From: Actinomycetales bacterium
GTDB taxonomy: Bacteria; Actinomycetota; Actinomycetes; Actinomycetales; JBBRBF01
DNA: 64,000 nt
Reading direction: 5' to 3'
Assembly: GCA_038206105.1 (NCBI GenBank)
Contig: JBBRBF010000002.1
Span: forward strand, 19,372 to 83,371
The translations under genes were made by a program, and so were the position numbers. The notes beneath the pieces were generated by a model. The model saw nothing but the letters and a program-made list of their open reading frames with translations. It made no database searches and had not been told where the DNA came from. Positions 1-8,584 of this stretch are shown here, piece after piece. How positions within the stretch are numbered: position 1 is the stretch's first letter; each line of letters begins with the position of its first letter.

Positions 1-88
1 GTGCCCGGCGCACGAGCCGGCGCTGGCGTACCGGGTGGACGACGGCGTCCCGGTGCTGCTGGTCGACGAGGCCCGCAGGGTCGGCTGA
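1..88 (+). CDS. Trm112 family protein, C-terminal fragment (5' end outside window)
   Basis: Frame-2 translation CPAHEPALAYRVDDGVPVLLVDEARRVG* ends at TGA 86-88. The xGIPVLLxDEAR ending is typical of Trm112/YcaR-like proteins. Confidence 0.55.
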   Translation, partial: CPAHEPALAYRVDDGVPVLLVDEARRVG

Positions 89-133
89 GGTGACGGCGCC
101 GGTGCGCTCGGCTCCCCGAGGGCGGGAGGCCCC

Positions 134-1321
134 ATGACATCGCACGACGGACCGACCGGCGGCGGACTGACCGGCGACGGCATCCTCGACGACCCCGACG
201 CCCTGGCGGCGGCCGACCCCTCCGGGGTGCTGCGGGCCCTGGCCGGGGCGGGCGCGCAGATCCGGCACGCGTGCGACCTCACCGACGAGGCCGGTGTCGA
301 GCGGCTCACCGAGGACCGCCCCCGGGGCGTCGTGGTCGCCGCCCGGGGTGGCGCGGCCGTGGTCGCGGACGCGGTCGCCACGCTGGCCGGGCCGGCCTCG
401 CCGGTCCCGGTCGTGGCCCGCACCGGGGACGTGCTGCCCGGCTGGGTGGGCCCGCTCGACCTCGTCGTGGCGGTCTCGCTGTCCGGCCGCTCGGAGCCCG
501 CGGTGCGCCTCGCCGGCGAGGCGGGCCGGCGGGGGGCGCGGCTGCTCACCGTCGGCGCGGCGGGCTCCCCCCTGGCCGAGGTGTGCGGGCGCGCCCGCGG
601 CGTGCACGTGCCGCTGCCCGAGCCCGGCCGGGCGGCCACGTCGGCCCCCACCAGCCGGACGGCGCTGTGGGGGATGCTCGTGCCCGTGCTGGTCGCCGGC
701 ACCCGCCTCGGGCTGCTCGACGCCGGCCGCGAGACCCTCGCCGACGTCGCCGACGTGCTCGACGAGGAAGCGGAGCTGTGCCGTCCCGCGTCGGAGGCCT
801 TCGTGAACCCGGCGAAGTCGCTGGCGACCGAGCTCGAGGGCACCGTGCCGCTGGTGCTCGGCGACGGTCCTGTCACCGCGGTCGCCGCGCGGCGGGCGGC
901 CAGCGTGCTCGCCCGCACGGCGCGCCTGCCCGCTCTGGCCGGGACGCTGCCGGACGACGCCGGCGACGTCGTCGCCACGTTCGGGGGCGCGCTCGCGGCC
1001 CACCCCGACGACGTCTTCGCCGACCCCTTCCTCGACGGCGTCGGCGCGGTGGGGCCCCGGCTGCGCCTGCTGCTGCTGCGCTCGACGTCCGGCGGTCACG
1101 CCGACCCGGTGGTCGCCATCGCCGAGGCCGCCGGCGTCCGGGTCAGCGACGTCGTGGCGGAGCCGGCCGGCGTCCGCGACGGAGGGCCGAGGGCCGACCT
1201 GCTGCACCTCGCCCGCCTCGTCGCCCGGACCGACTTCGCCGCCACCTACCTCGCGCTGGCCACCGGGTCCGACCCCGGCGCCTCGCCGCACGTCGCCGAC
1301 CTGCGCGACGCCACCCGCTGA
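134..1321 (+). CDS. SIS domain protein (phosphoglucose/phosphomannose isomerase-like)
   Basis: 395-aa ORF with GGGAGG 5 nt upstream of the ATG. The translation and its position after a Trm112 gene fit the SIS-domain gene of the actinobacterial manA/pmm neighbourhood. Confidence 0.7.
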   Translation: MTSHDGPTGGGLTGDGILDDPDALAAADPSGVLRALAGAGAQIRHACDLTDEAGVERLTEDRPRGVVVAARGGAAVVADAVATLAGPASPVPVVARTGDVLPGWVGPLDLVVAVSLSGRSEPAVRLAGEAGRRGARLLTVGAAGSPLAEVCGRARGVHVPLPEPGRAATSAPTSRTALWGMLVPVLVAGTRLGLLDAGRETLADVADVLDEEAELCRPASEAFVNPAKSLATELEGTVPLVLGDGPVTAVAARRAASVLARTARLPALAGTLPDDAGDVVATFGGALAAHPDDVFADPFLDGVGAVGPRLRLLLLRSTSGGHADPVVAIAEAAGVRVSDVVAEPAGVRDGGPRADLLHLARLVARTDFAATYLALATGSDPGASPHVADLRDATR

Positions 1322-1322
1322 G

Positions 1323-1386
1323 CCCACCCCTCGCGGTGATCAAGGAGCTCGCGCACCCACCCACGCGGTGATCAAGGAACTCGCGT
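1323..1386 (+). repeat. Two tandem 32-bp units of the CGGTGATCA repeat family (AAGGA subfamily)
   Basis: The units are cccaccccTCGCGGTGATCAAGGAGCTCGCGc and acccacccACGCGGTGATCAAGGAACTCGCGt. They start 2 nt after the SIS gene stop and end 70 nt upstream of the CDF transporter start. Confidence 0.9.
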
Positions 1387-1456
1387 GCGACCGGCGACTC
1401 GCCCGGTCCGGCACTAGGCTCCCGCGTCGGGCGGCACCCCGCCCCTGAGGACGGAG

Positions 1457-2440
1457 GTGGCCCCGATGGCGGCCGAGGGCGGTACCAAGGCGGTCGTGGC
1501 CGCGCTGCTCGCGAACAGCGGCATCGCGGTGACGAAGTTCGGGGCTTTCCTGCTGACCGGGTCGTCCTCGATGCTCGCCGAGTCGATCCACTCCGTCGCC
1601 GACGCCGGCAACCAGGGGCTGCTGCTGCTGGGCGGCAAGCGGGCGCGGCGCGATGCGACGCCGGAGCACCCGTTCGGCTACGGCCGCGAACGGTACGTCT
1701 ACGCGTTCCTCGTCGCCATCGTGCTCTTCAGCCTCGGTGGCCTGTTCGCCCTGTTCGAGGCCTACGAGAAGTGGGCCGAGCCGCACGCGATCGAGGCGTG
1801 GCACTGGGTGCCCGTCCTCGTCCTGGTCGCCGCGATCGTGATGGAGGGGTTCTCCTTCCGTACCGCCATCCGCGAGGCGAACCACGTGCGGGGCGACGCG
1901 TCCTGGGTGCAGTTCGTGCGACGTCACAAGTCCCCCGAGCTCCCGGTCATCCTGCTGGAGGACCTGGGCGCCCTCCTGGGCCTGGTGTTCGCCCTGGTCG
2001 GGGTCGGCTTGGCGCTGCTGACCGGCAACGGCCGGTGGGACGCCGCCGGGACCGCCACGATCGGCGTGCTGCTCGTCGTGATCGCGATCGTGCTCGCGGT
2101 CGAGACCAAGTCGCTGCTGCTGGGGGAGAGCGCCACCCGCGGCAACGTCACCGCGATCCGCGAGGCCCTGCTCGGCGACGGCCTCGACTCGGTGATCCAC
2201 ATGAAGACGCTGCACCTGGGCCCGGACGAGCTGCTCGTCGCGGCAAAGGTCGCGGTCACACCGACCGTCTCCGCCGCCGAGGTCGCCCGCGCCATCGACG
2301 CCGCGGAGCGGCGGGTGCGGGCCGCCGTCCCGATCGCCCGTGTGATCTACCTCGAGCCCGACCTGCGCATCCCGGGCAAGGGCCGCAGCGAGCCGGGCGA
2401 CGCGGAGGTCGCGGGGTCGTCGGCGACACCGGCCACCTGA
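1457..2440 (+). CDS. Cation diffusion facilitator (CDF) family metal efflux transporter
   Basis: The translation has the typical CDF N-terminus (AALLANSGIAVTKFGAFLLTGSSSMLAESIHSVADAGNQ), six TM segments and a C-terminal cytoplasmic domain. Confidence 0.9.
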   Translation: MAPMAAEGGTKAVVAALLANSGIAVTKFGAFLLTGSSSMLAESIHSVADAGNQGLLLLGGKRARRDATPEHPFGYGRERYVYAFLVAIVLFSLGGLFALFEAYEKWAEPHAIEAWHWVPVLVLVAAIVMEGFSFRTAIREANHVRGDASWVQFVRRHKSPELPVILLEDLGALLGLVFALVGVGLALLTGNGRWDAAGTATIGVLLVVIAIVLAVETKSLLLGESATRGNVTAIREALLGDGLDSVIHMKTLHLGPDELLVAAKVAVTPTVSAAEVARAIDAAERRVRAAVPIARVIYLEPDLRIPGKGRSEPGDAEVAGSSATPAT

Positions 2441-2635
2441 CCGACCCGCGAGCTGCCCCTGCGACGGGCGACGGGCCGGCGGCGGAGGCAGCGGCTATCG
2501 TGGACGCCGTCCGGCGCGGGTGATGCCCGACGGCCCAGAGGGGCCGCGCCGGGTCGACCAGCGGGAGTGCGACGTCCGACGAGGACCGCTGCGCCCGCAC
2601 CCCGGGAAGACCCGAACCGGAAGGAACCACCACCC

Positions 2636-4081
<1,446 letters not shown>

Positions 4082-4193
4082 GGCCGTCCCGAGCCCGGGG
4101 GGCACCCGGGTGCACGCACCGGCGGCCAGGGGTTCCCCGCAGCACGCGAGGGGCCCCGGGCCGCCGGTGCGTCCGGACCTAGACTTGGCGGTC

Positions 4194-4520
4194 ATGAGCG
4201 AGCCGCAGGAGCCCCGTCCGCAGTCCGAGCCGTCGGAGCCGCTGGAGTCCGGGCAGACGACCACGACGCTCGAGCGGGAGCGCGTCGTCACCCCGGAGCT
4301 CTCCGAGCCCGGCGACCACGAGCGCTTCGCGCACTACGTGCGCAAGGAGAAGATCCTCGACTCCGCGCTGTCCGGGAACCCGGTGATCGCCCTGTGCGGC
4401 AAGGTGTGGCTGCCGGGCCGCGACCCGTCGCGCTTCCCGGTCTGCCCGGCCTGCAAGGAGATCTTCGAGGGCATGCAGGGCGGGGGCGACGACAGCGGCG
4501 GTTCTGGCGACTCCTCGTGA
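4194..4520 (+). CDS. DUF3039 domain-containing protein
   Basis: The conserved core is GDHERFAHYVRKEKILDSALSGNPVIALCGKVWLPGRDPSRFPVCPACKEIFEG. The start is assigned to the internal ATG (MSEPQE). Confidence 0.8.
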   Translation: MSEPQEPRPQSEPSEPLESGQTTTTLERERVVTPELSEPGDHERFAHYVRKEKILDSALSGNPVIALCGKVWLPGRDPSRFPVCPACKEIFEGMQGGGDDSGGSGDSS

Positions 4521-4527
4521 CGCCGGG

Positions 4528-5934
4528 GTGAGCGCCGGTCGCCCCACGGCCGACCGGCCCGGGACGGAGCCCGCCGGCACCGCCCGCGTCACCGTGGGTC
4601 TCGTCGCGCTGGTGTCGCTGATCGCCTTCGAGGCGCTCGGCGTCGCCACCGCGATGCCCGTGGTCGCCGAGGACCTCGGGGCGGTGCGCTCCTACGCGCT
4701 CGCGTTCTCCGTCTTCCTGACCGCGAGCCTGCTCGGCACCGTCGTGGGCGGCGGGTACGCGGACGCGCGTGGGCCGCGCGGCCCGGTCGTCGGGGGGCTG
4801 GTGCTGTTCTGCGCCGGCCTGCTCGGCTGCGGCGCCGCGCCGACGTTCGCGGTCCTGCTCCTGGGCCGGGCGGTGTCCGGCCTGGGAGCCGGGTTCCTCG
4901 TGGTGGCGCTGTACGTCGTCGTCGCCCGCTGCTACCCCGAGGCGCAGCGGCCGCGCGTGTTCGGCTGGGTGAGTGCGGCCTGGGTGCTGCCCTCCGTGCT
5001 CGGTCCTCCGGTCGCCGGCTGGCTCGCCACCGACGTGTCCTGGCGGGTGGTGTTCTTCGCCGTCCCGCCCTTCGTGCTGGCCTCGGCGGGGCTGCTGCTC
5101 GGCGTCCTGGACCGGCTCGGCCCCCCGGCGGCACCGGCCGGCGGCGGGCGGCGTCGCGCGCTGCTGGGGGCCGCCGTCGCGGGCGGGGCCTTCGCGCTGC
5201 AGTGGGGCGCCCGAGGCGGCCAGACGTGGCCGGTGGCCCTCGCGTGGCTCGCCCCGGGCGCGGCGCTGCTTGCCGCGGGTCTGCCGGGGCTGCTGCCCGC
5301 GGGCACGCTGCGGGCTGGTCGCGGGCTCGCCAGCGTGGTCGCCGGTCGGGGCCTGCTCACCGCCTCGTTCTTCGCCGCCGAGACGTTCGTGCCGCTGATG
5401 CTGGTGCGCGAGCGGGGGCTGTCCCCGGCGGTCGCCGGGCTGGCGCTCACCGGCGCCGCACTGGGCTGGTTCGCCGGGGCGTGGGCGCAGGCGCGGCCCG
5501 ACCTGCGGGTGTCCCGGTCCGCGCTGCTCACCGCCGGCGGCCTGGTCGTCGCGGCCAGCGTGGCCGCGCTGCCGGTGCTGCTGGTGGACGGCGTCCCGCC
5601 GCTCCTGCTGCTGCCGCTGTGGGCGGTCGCCGGCCTGGGCATGGGGCTGGCCACCTCGACCTCCTCGGTGCTGCTGCTCGGGTTCTCCGCCGTGGGGGAG
5701 GAGGGGCGCAACTCGGCCGCGCTGCAGCTCAGCGACGCCCTCGGGTCGGTGCTCGGCATCGGGGCCGCCGGTGCGGTCTTCGCGGCGCTGCACACGACCG
5801 ACGGCGCCGACGGCCCCGCGTACGTGCTGATCTGGACCGGGTGCGCGGTCGTCGGGGTGGCGGCCGGCCTGGTGGGGCGCCGCGCCCGACCCGAGGGGAC
5901 CCACGTCGTCCCCGTTACGCTCGGGCACCCGTGA
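4528..5934 (+). CDS. MFS transporter
   Basis: 468 aa with about 12 hydrophobic segments and an MFS-like loop motif (GGGYADARGPRGP). Confidence 0.85.
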   Translation: MSAGRPTADRPGTEPAGTARVTVGLVALVSLIAFEALGVATAMPVVAEDLGAVRSYALAFSVFLTASLLGTVVGGGYADARGPRGPVVGGLVLFCAGLLGCGAAPTFAVLLLGRAVSGLGAGFLVVALYVVVARCYPEAQRPRVFGWVSAAWVLPSVLGPPVAGWLATDVSWRVVFFAVPPFVLASAGLLLGVLDRLGPPAAPAGGGRRRALLGAAVAGGAFALQWGARGGQTWPVALAWLAPGAALLAAGLPGLLPAGTLRAGRGLASVVAGRGLLTASFFAAETFVPLMLVRERGLSPAVAGLALTGAALGWFAGAWAQARPDLRVSRSALLTAGGLVVAASVAALPVLLVDGVPPLLLLPLWAVAGLGMGLATSTSSVLLLGFSAVGEEGRNSAALQLSDALGSVLGIGAAGAVFAALHTTDGADGPAYVLIWTGCAVVGVAAGLVGRRARPEGTHVVPVTLGHP

Positions 5935-7754
5935 CCCCCTCCTACTCCGCGTCGCACTCCCCGCAGCACGCGAGCGCCGCCGCGGCGTCGCAGTTGCCGC
6001 CCGCGTACCCGGGGCGGGCGGCGTGGGGCACGGCTGAACGGCTGCGGGCGTGGCAGGCCGAGGCCGTCGAGCAGTACCTGCGCAACGGCTCACGGGACTT
6101 CCTCGCCGTGGCGACCCCCGGGGCGGGCAAGACCACGTTCGCGCTGCGGGTCGCCACCGAGCTGCTCCAGGCGGGCGTCGTGCGGCGGATTGCCGTGGTC
6201 GCACCCACCGAGCACCTCAAGACCCAGTGGGCGGACGCCGCTGCCCGGGTCGGGGTGCGCCTCGACCCGAGCTTCCGCAACAGCCAGGGCAGTCACGGCC
6301 GGGACTACGACGGCGTCGCCCTCACCTACGCGCAGGTGGCCGCCCGCCCGCTGCTGCACCGGGCGCGCACCGAGGCCGCCCCGACGCTCGTGGTGCTCGA
6401 CGAGGTGCACCACGGCGGCGACGCGCTCTCGTGGGGCGACGCGGTGCGTGAGGCGTTCGAGCCGGCCACGCGGCGCCTCGCGATGACCGGGACCCCGTTC
6501 CGCAGCGACACCGCCGCGATCCCGTTCGTGGAGTACGCGCCCGGACGCGACGGCGTCCGCCGGTCCCGCGCCGACTACACCTACGGGTACTCCCACGCGC
6601 TCGCGGACGGCGTCGTGCGCCCGGTGCTGTTCCTGTCGTACTCGGGGCAGATGCGCTGGCGGACCCGGGCGGGCGACGAGGTGGCCGCCCGGCTCGGGGG
6701 GCCGCTGACGAAGGACGTCACCGCACAGGCGTGGCGCACCGCGCTCGACCCGGCGGGTGAGTGGGTGCCGGCGGTGCTGGCCGCCGCCGACCGGCGCCTG
6801 ACCGAGGTGCGCCGCGGCGTCCCGGACGCCGGGGGGCTGGTGATCGCCACCGACCAGGCCGCCGCACGGGCCTACGCCGCGGTGCTGCGGCGCGTCACCG
6901 GCGAGCCGCCGGTGGTCGTGCTGTCCGACGACGCCGGGTCCTCGCAGCGGATCGAGCAGTTCGCCACCGGCGACCAGCGCTGGATGGTCGCGGTCCGGAT
7001 GGTGAGCGAGGGAGTCGACGTGCCGAGGCTCTCCGTCGGGGTCTACGCCACCTCGGCGGCCACGCCGCTCTACTTCGCCCAGGCGGTCGGCCGGTTCGTG
7101 CGTGCCCGGCGCCGCGGGGAGACCGCGTCGGTGTTCCTGCCCAGCGTGCCGGTGCTGCTCGGGCTGGCGAACCAGATGGAGGTCGAGCGCGACCACGCCC
7201 TCGACCGCCCGCAGCCGGTGGGCGAGGAGTGGACGCCGGAGGACGGCCTGCTGGCGGCCGCGCAGCGCGAGGAGAAGGCCTCCGGGGAGCTGGCGACCGG
7301 GGCGTTCGAGGCCCTGGAGGCGCAGGCGTCGTTCGACCGCGTGCTCTTCGACGGCGGCGAGTTCGGGACCGGTGCCGCGGTCGGCAGCGAGGAGGAGGCC
7401 GACTTCATCGGCATCCCAGGGCTGCTGGAGCCGGACCAGGTCACGACGCTGCTGCGGGCCCGCCAGGCCGGCCAGGCCGACCGGCGCGACCGCCCCGACC
7501 GTCACGGCCGTCCCGACGCCTCGCCCACGGCGCCCGCGGCCGCCGACCCCGCGACGCACCGGGAGGTCGCGGCGCTGCGCAAGGAGCTGAACGCCCTCGT
7601 CGCCGCCTGGGCACGGCGCAGCGGCCAGCCGCACGGCGCGGTGCACGCCGAGCTGCGCCGCTCCGGTGGCGGCGGCGAGGTCGCGCGCGCCACCGCGGAG
7701 CAGATCCGCACCAGGATCGACACGCTGCGCCGCTGGTTCGTCGGCCGCGCCTGA
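5931..7754 (+). CDS. DEAD/DEAH-box (ResIII/SF2) helicase
   Basis: Walker A is ATPGAGKTT, DEAH-like box is LDEVHH, and a helicase C-terminal domain is present (MVAVRMVSEGVDVPRL). GTG 5931 overlaps the MFS stop by 4 bp. The 5202 start in the track runs through the MFS gene and is rejected. Confidence 0.85.
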   Translation: MTPSYSASHSPQHASAAAASQLPPAYPGRAAWGTAERLRAWQAEAVEQYLRNGSRDFLAVATPGAGKTTFALRVATELLQAGVVRRIAVVAPTEHLKTQWADAAARVGVRLDPSFRNSQGSHGRDYDGVALTYAQVAARPLLHRARTEAAPTLVVLDEVHHGGDALSWGDAVREAFEPATRRLAMTGTPFRSDTAAIPFVEYAPGRDGVRRSRADYTYGYSHALADGVVRPVLFLSYSGQMRWRTRAGDEVAARLGGPLTKDVTAQAWRTALDPAGEWVPAVLAAADRRLTEVRRGVPDAGGLVIATDQAAARAYAAVLRRVTGEPPVVVLSDDAGSSQRIEQFATGDQRWMVAVRMVSEGVDVPRLSVGVYATSAATPLYFAQAVGRFVRARRRGETASVFLPSVPVLLGLANQMEVERDHALDRPQPVGEEWTPEDGLLAAAQREEKASGELATGAFEALEAQASFDRVLFDGGEFGTGAAVGSEEEADFIGIPGLLEPDQVTTLLRARQAGQADRRDRPDRHGRPDASPTAPAAADPATHREVAALRKELNALVAAWARRSGQPHGAVHAELRRSGGGGEVARATAEQIRTRIDTLRRWFVGRA

Positions 7755-7862
7755 CTCAGGCTCACCGGCCCCCCTGCTGCACCCCCACTGCACCTCCACG
7801 GCAATCCCACCGCACTGCGCGCTACTACCCCCACGACCCCCGCACCGGCTCGCCCAGCGGCG

Positions 7863-7885
7863 TTGTCGGTGGTCGGTGGTGGGCT
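7863..7885 (+). promoter_or_regulatory. Possible RecA-independent DNA-damage promoter (RecA-NDp/PafBC-type) motif
   Basis: TTGTCGGTG-8 nt-TGGGCT compared with the remembered consensus tTGTCRgtg-N8-TAnnnT. The upstream half matches perfectly; the -10 lacks the A at position 2. Confidence 0.25.
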
Positions 7886-8006
7886 GATCCAGACGCGCGG
7901 CACCGAGCCGTGCCGGTGGGAGACACGACGCGAGCGAGCGGGCGGCCGTCGGGGCAGGGAGTGGACACCTCTTGCCCTCGCTGGTACAACTCGTACAGAC
8001 GTTCGA

Positions 8007-8022
8007 TCGAACACCGGTTCGA
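8007..8022 (+). promoter_or_regulatory. LexA (SOS) box
   Basis: TCGAACaccgGTTCGA is a perfect match to the actinobacterial consensus TCGAAC-N4-GTTCGA. It lies 34 nt upstream of the LysM gene ATG, with an extra GTTCGA half-site abutting at 8001-8006. Confidence 0.7.
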
Positions 8023-8055
8023 CCAGCCGCTCCGGGACGACGCCAGGAGGCCAGC

Positions 8056-8496
8056 ATGAGCGCACTGCCGATCGAGGACCTGCTCCCGCACACGGGTCGA
8101 CGCGACGCCACGGTGATCCCCTTCCCGGGGGGAGTGGTGGTCGTGCCGGCAGGGCCTGCCCGGTCCGGGAAGCCGTCGCGGGTGCGATCCCACCGGATGG
8201 ACCTGCGGATCACGCGACGGGGGCGGCTGCTGCTGACCTCCCTCGTGCTCGCCGCGGTCCTGGGTCTGGCCACCACGCTGGCCGCGGGCTCTGCGCTCGC
8301 GGGCAGCGGGTCGGCGCCGGAGCCGACCCGGACCGTCGTCGTGTTGCCCGGTCAGACCCTGCACGAGGTTGCCGCGACCGTCCCCGGCGGCGGCGACGTC
8401 CGCGACGTCGCGGCCGTCATCCGCGACGTGAACGGCTTGGAGTTCTCCGCGCTCGTCGCCGGACAGCAGTTGCGGGTCCCCCTGACCACCGACTGA
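8056..8496 (+). CDS. Single-pass membrane protein with C-terminal LysM domain (YneA/ChiZ-like candidate SOS division inhibitor)
   Basis: AGGAGG sits 5 nt before ATG 8056. The protein has a TM segment (LLLTSLVLAAVLGLATTLAAG) and a LysM-like C-terminus (VVVLPGQTLHEVAA...VAGQQLRVP). Confidence 0.8.
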   Translation: MSALPIEDLLPHTGRRDATVIPFPGGVVVVPAGPARSGKPSRVRSHRMDLRITRRGRLLLTSLVLAAVLGLATTLAAGSALAGSGSAPEPTRTVVVLPGQTLHEVAATVPGGGDVRDVAAVIRDVNGLEFSALVAGQQLRVPLTTD

Positions 8497-8584
8497 CGCA
8501 GACCACCGACTGACATCGCGAAGGGCGGCACCGGCGATCCGGGTACCCGCCGGACCGTCGGCGGCCTGTGACAGCCTCCGGCAC

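Noticed and set aside
2441-2635. SAH riboswitch upstream of ahcY.
   Set aside because: A GAGGACCGCUGCG stretch (about 2580-2595) loosely recalls part of the SAH element. I could not find the complementary 3' half or the pseudoknot partner. This needs cmsearch (RF01057) before any claim.
5202-5930. N-terminal extension of the helicase ORF given in the track (start 5202).
   Set aside because: It runs through the MFS transporter gene in another frame and is Arg/Gly-rich. GTG 5931, which overlaps the MFS stop, gives a normal SF2 helicase.
4288-6204. A 638-aa minus-strand ORF, together with many similar long Arg/Pro/Gly/Ala-rich ORFs (for example 6090..8276-, 14608..17442-, 35864..39688-, 45130..47637- upstream part, 46674..49466- upstream part).
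   Set aside because: They lie antisense to, or out of frame with, genes that have clear family signatures. Their composition (poly-R/P/G/A, no motifs) is what very GC-rich DNA produces by chance.
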